Shown in pieces: positions 62,201 to 64,000 of a DNA stretch of 64,000 nt. The stretch's first letter is position 1. Every line of letters begins with the position of its first letter. The notes below the pieces were generated by a model. The model saw nothing but the letters and a program-made list of their open reading frames with translations. It was not told where the DNA came from and did not search any database. The position numbers and the translations under genes were made by a program. The stretch comes from Catajapyx aquilonaris (Eukaryota): positions 1 through 64,000 of the forward strand of contig KZ538333.1 in assembly GCA_000934665.2 (NCBI GenBank). The letters are read 5' to 3'.

Positions 62201-64000
62201 TCTGATTAAGCCAGTTACGAAGGTGAAACCCTGAGAGGCTGACGTGTGTAAGGTCAAGTGAGGAGATGTGAGTGGTGGCAAGTGTCTAATGGGACATCCC
62301 TCCCCTTTTGGTTGTGAACTTTTGCAGGCTTCGCTAGAAGAGGCGACGAGTGGCTTAGCGCGAATCCGCCTTCGCCCGGACGACCAAGGGCGGTTTGGAT
62401 TCAACGTGAAAGGAGGATCGGACCTGGGGATGCCCGTCATTGTATCCAGGGTGCTTCCAAACACCCCTGCTGACAGCTGCTTCCCCAGGTTGAACGAGGG
62501 AGATCAGGTATTTTGACCTTTGCATGATGCACAGCCTTTTTTATCTTTGACGGATTAAAGCTAAATTGGTGCCATTGGAGATTTTCCTGTCTGTTGTCGG
62601 ATGATTGAAGGGTGAGAGATTATCACACATCCTGTCAAACACTGACAAGGGGAGAGATTAGATCACATTTATGAATTAGCTGCGAGAAATTACTGTGTGT
62701 ACCTGCTGAGTACATATGTTGGGTGAAGGGGTGATATGGCTGGGAGGGGGGTGGGGTGGGCATCATGTTAAACAGATTGACTTGACAACTATCCATTACA
62801 GGAAGTGGGCTTGTTCTGGGATCTTGCCAAGTGATTATGTGCACCTCATGCCTTTAGTGTTGATATGACAGGAGCAGGATATAATATTCGAGTGTACTTT
62901 GTGCATTAGGGAAGAGAGAGTAGGAGGAAATATGGGAGATAATAATTGTCATATTGTGTGCTTTTATATGGTATGGGTGTGAAGGGACTATAGGTGAGTT
63001 GTTTATTATGTGCGTGGCTTCACATGTCTTCACTGGTCCATGTCTGTTTTATGTTTTGAGTGCCAACTGTTATGTAGGCCTAATGTTACATTTGGTTGAG
63101 TTCTTTGGTGGGTGGTCGTGAGATATTTTTTGTTGCTGTTGGGAACAGAGATGGCAAAGGTTTTGAGTTGCCACCAATAATGTTGCATTAATGTTATTCA
63201 TCTGCAGTTAAAAACTTAAGGCAAGAAATCTAGGAACAGGGGCAAAGGTTTATGACAAGTGTATTTTGCTAAAATCACAGTACCGAGTAGGGCAACCAGA
63301 ATGCCATTGTCAAAGGATACCCAATGCACAAAGAAGAAATGGGTTTAGAACTGGTTTGAAGAACAATGTCTTTGGAAAACCGGTTGTAGAAGTCAAAGAT
63401 CAATGGACTTAAAGACAAATTTTACCTTTGCCCAGGATGTTGTTCCACTTAAACTAATCTGAAGTCATGTGCAAGTAGCAGTAACTACTCCATTTCCCGC
63501 TTTATTTTCCCTATCCTTCTCCACTATCCTCCAATTTGAGTACTTTCGGTGTAAATTTAAACACTGAGGCTACTTGGTACGCTACTGAATTGCACATTTC
63601 CAGAATGTGAAACTTGTTCCTCATGTGCACAATAATTATTTTTCGATTCTTCTCCACAGGTGGTGCTTATAAATGGTCGCGATGTATCGGGCATGACCCA
63701 CGAGCAAGTGGTGAGTGTCATTCGAGCCAGCCGTGAGACCTTATCGGGAGAGTTGACTCTCACAGTGCGGCAGAATGAATATGTTGCTGCAGATGAAGCA
63801 GAGGAGCCTGCCTTCCAGTATGTCCCCGAGGAGTCCACTTCTGCTGCCTCATCACTTGTACCAGGTGGTGATGCCCTTGCTGAGTCTATGCTCTTATTAA
63901 CAGAAGGGCTAGAAAGTGGAGCCTCTATGGCACAATTTGACCAACTATATCGCCGGAAGCCAGGCTTGTCAACATCAGAGGCCAGACGACCTGAGAATCT
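50258..64000 (+). CDS. PTPN4: FERM-PDZ-PTP non-receptor tyrosine phosphatase (PTPN4/PTPN3/Ptpmeg family), 3'-truncated by the window edge
   Basis: Exons 50258-50407, 50473-50592, 52342-52387, 53811-53990, 54089-54209, 54728-54968, 55548-55780, 56392-56604, 56683-56908, 62328-62507, 63660->64000; phases match. [12 protein letters not shown]-terminus; FERM ([53 protein letters not shown]); FERM-adjacent ([11 protein letters not shown]); PDZ ([14 protein letters not shown]...[15 protein letters not shown]); start of PTP region ([11 protein letters not shown]). Confidence 0.94.
55922..55977 (+). mobile_element. Extremely 5'-truncated non-LTR retroelement insertion (3' stem-loop + (AAAT)n tail)
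   Basis: 20-bp perfect direct repeat ATGATACATCTTCTAAAGGG at 55902-55921 and 55978-55997 flanks CCCTGCCCTCGCAAGGGGTAACGT(AAAT)n. Confidence 0.8.

Noticed and set aside
1..64000. Prokaryotic systems (CRISPR arrays, operons, defence islands) or hammerhead ribozymes
   Set aside because: The DNA is spliceosomal-intron eukaryotic; no repeat-spacer array was seen, and the CTGATGA hits I checked lack stem II plus GAAA.

Overview
Eukaryotic, intron-rich animal DNA (probably arthropod, inferred from protein style and a tRNA-derived SINE). Four + strand genes were reconstructed by hand with GT-AG junctions and consistent phases: SCAP (11 coding exons, 1007-12061, ~1368 aa), the Cdk5 activator p35/CDK5R1 (3 exons, 15244-19557, ~533 aa), PDIA4/ERp72 (9 exons, 25328-29060, ~652 aa, ends KDEL) and a FERM-PDZ-PTP phosphatase, PTPN4/Ptpmeg (CDS from 50258, running off the right edge, probably preceded by ~20 kb of 5'-UTR intron from a GC-rich promoter near 30.1-30.4 kb). 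Introns hold a nested MITE pair, a Tc1/pogo-type MITE, a tRNA-derived SINE and a tiny retroinsertion with a 20-bp TSD. There is an N gap at 35415-35492. I could not establish a new biological system. The best leads are a symmetric 900-nt SCAP sterol-sensing-domain exon with identical AG|GT 10-mers at both ends, divergent SCAP and PDIA4 motifs, candidate recursive splice sites, uORF exons and an internal promoter in PTPN4, and a blockwise CpG-depletion pattern.
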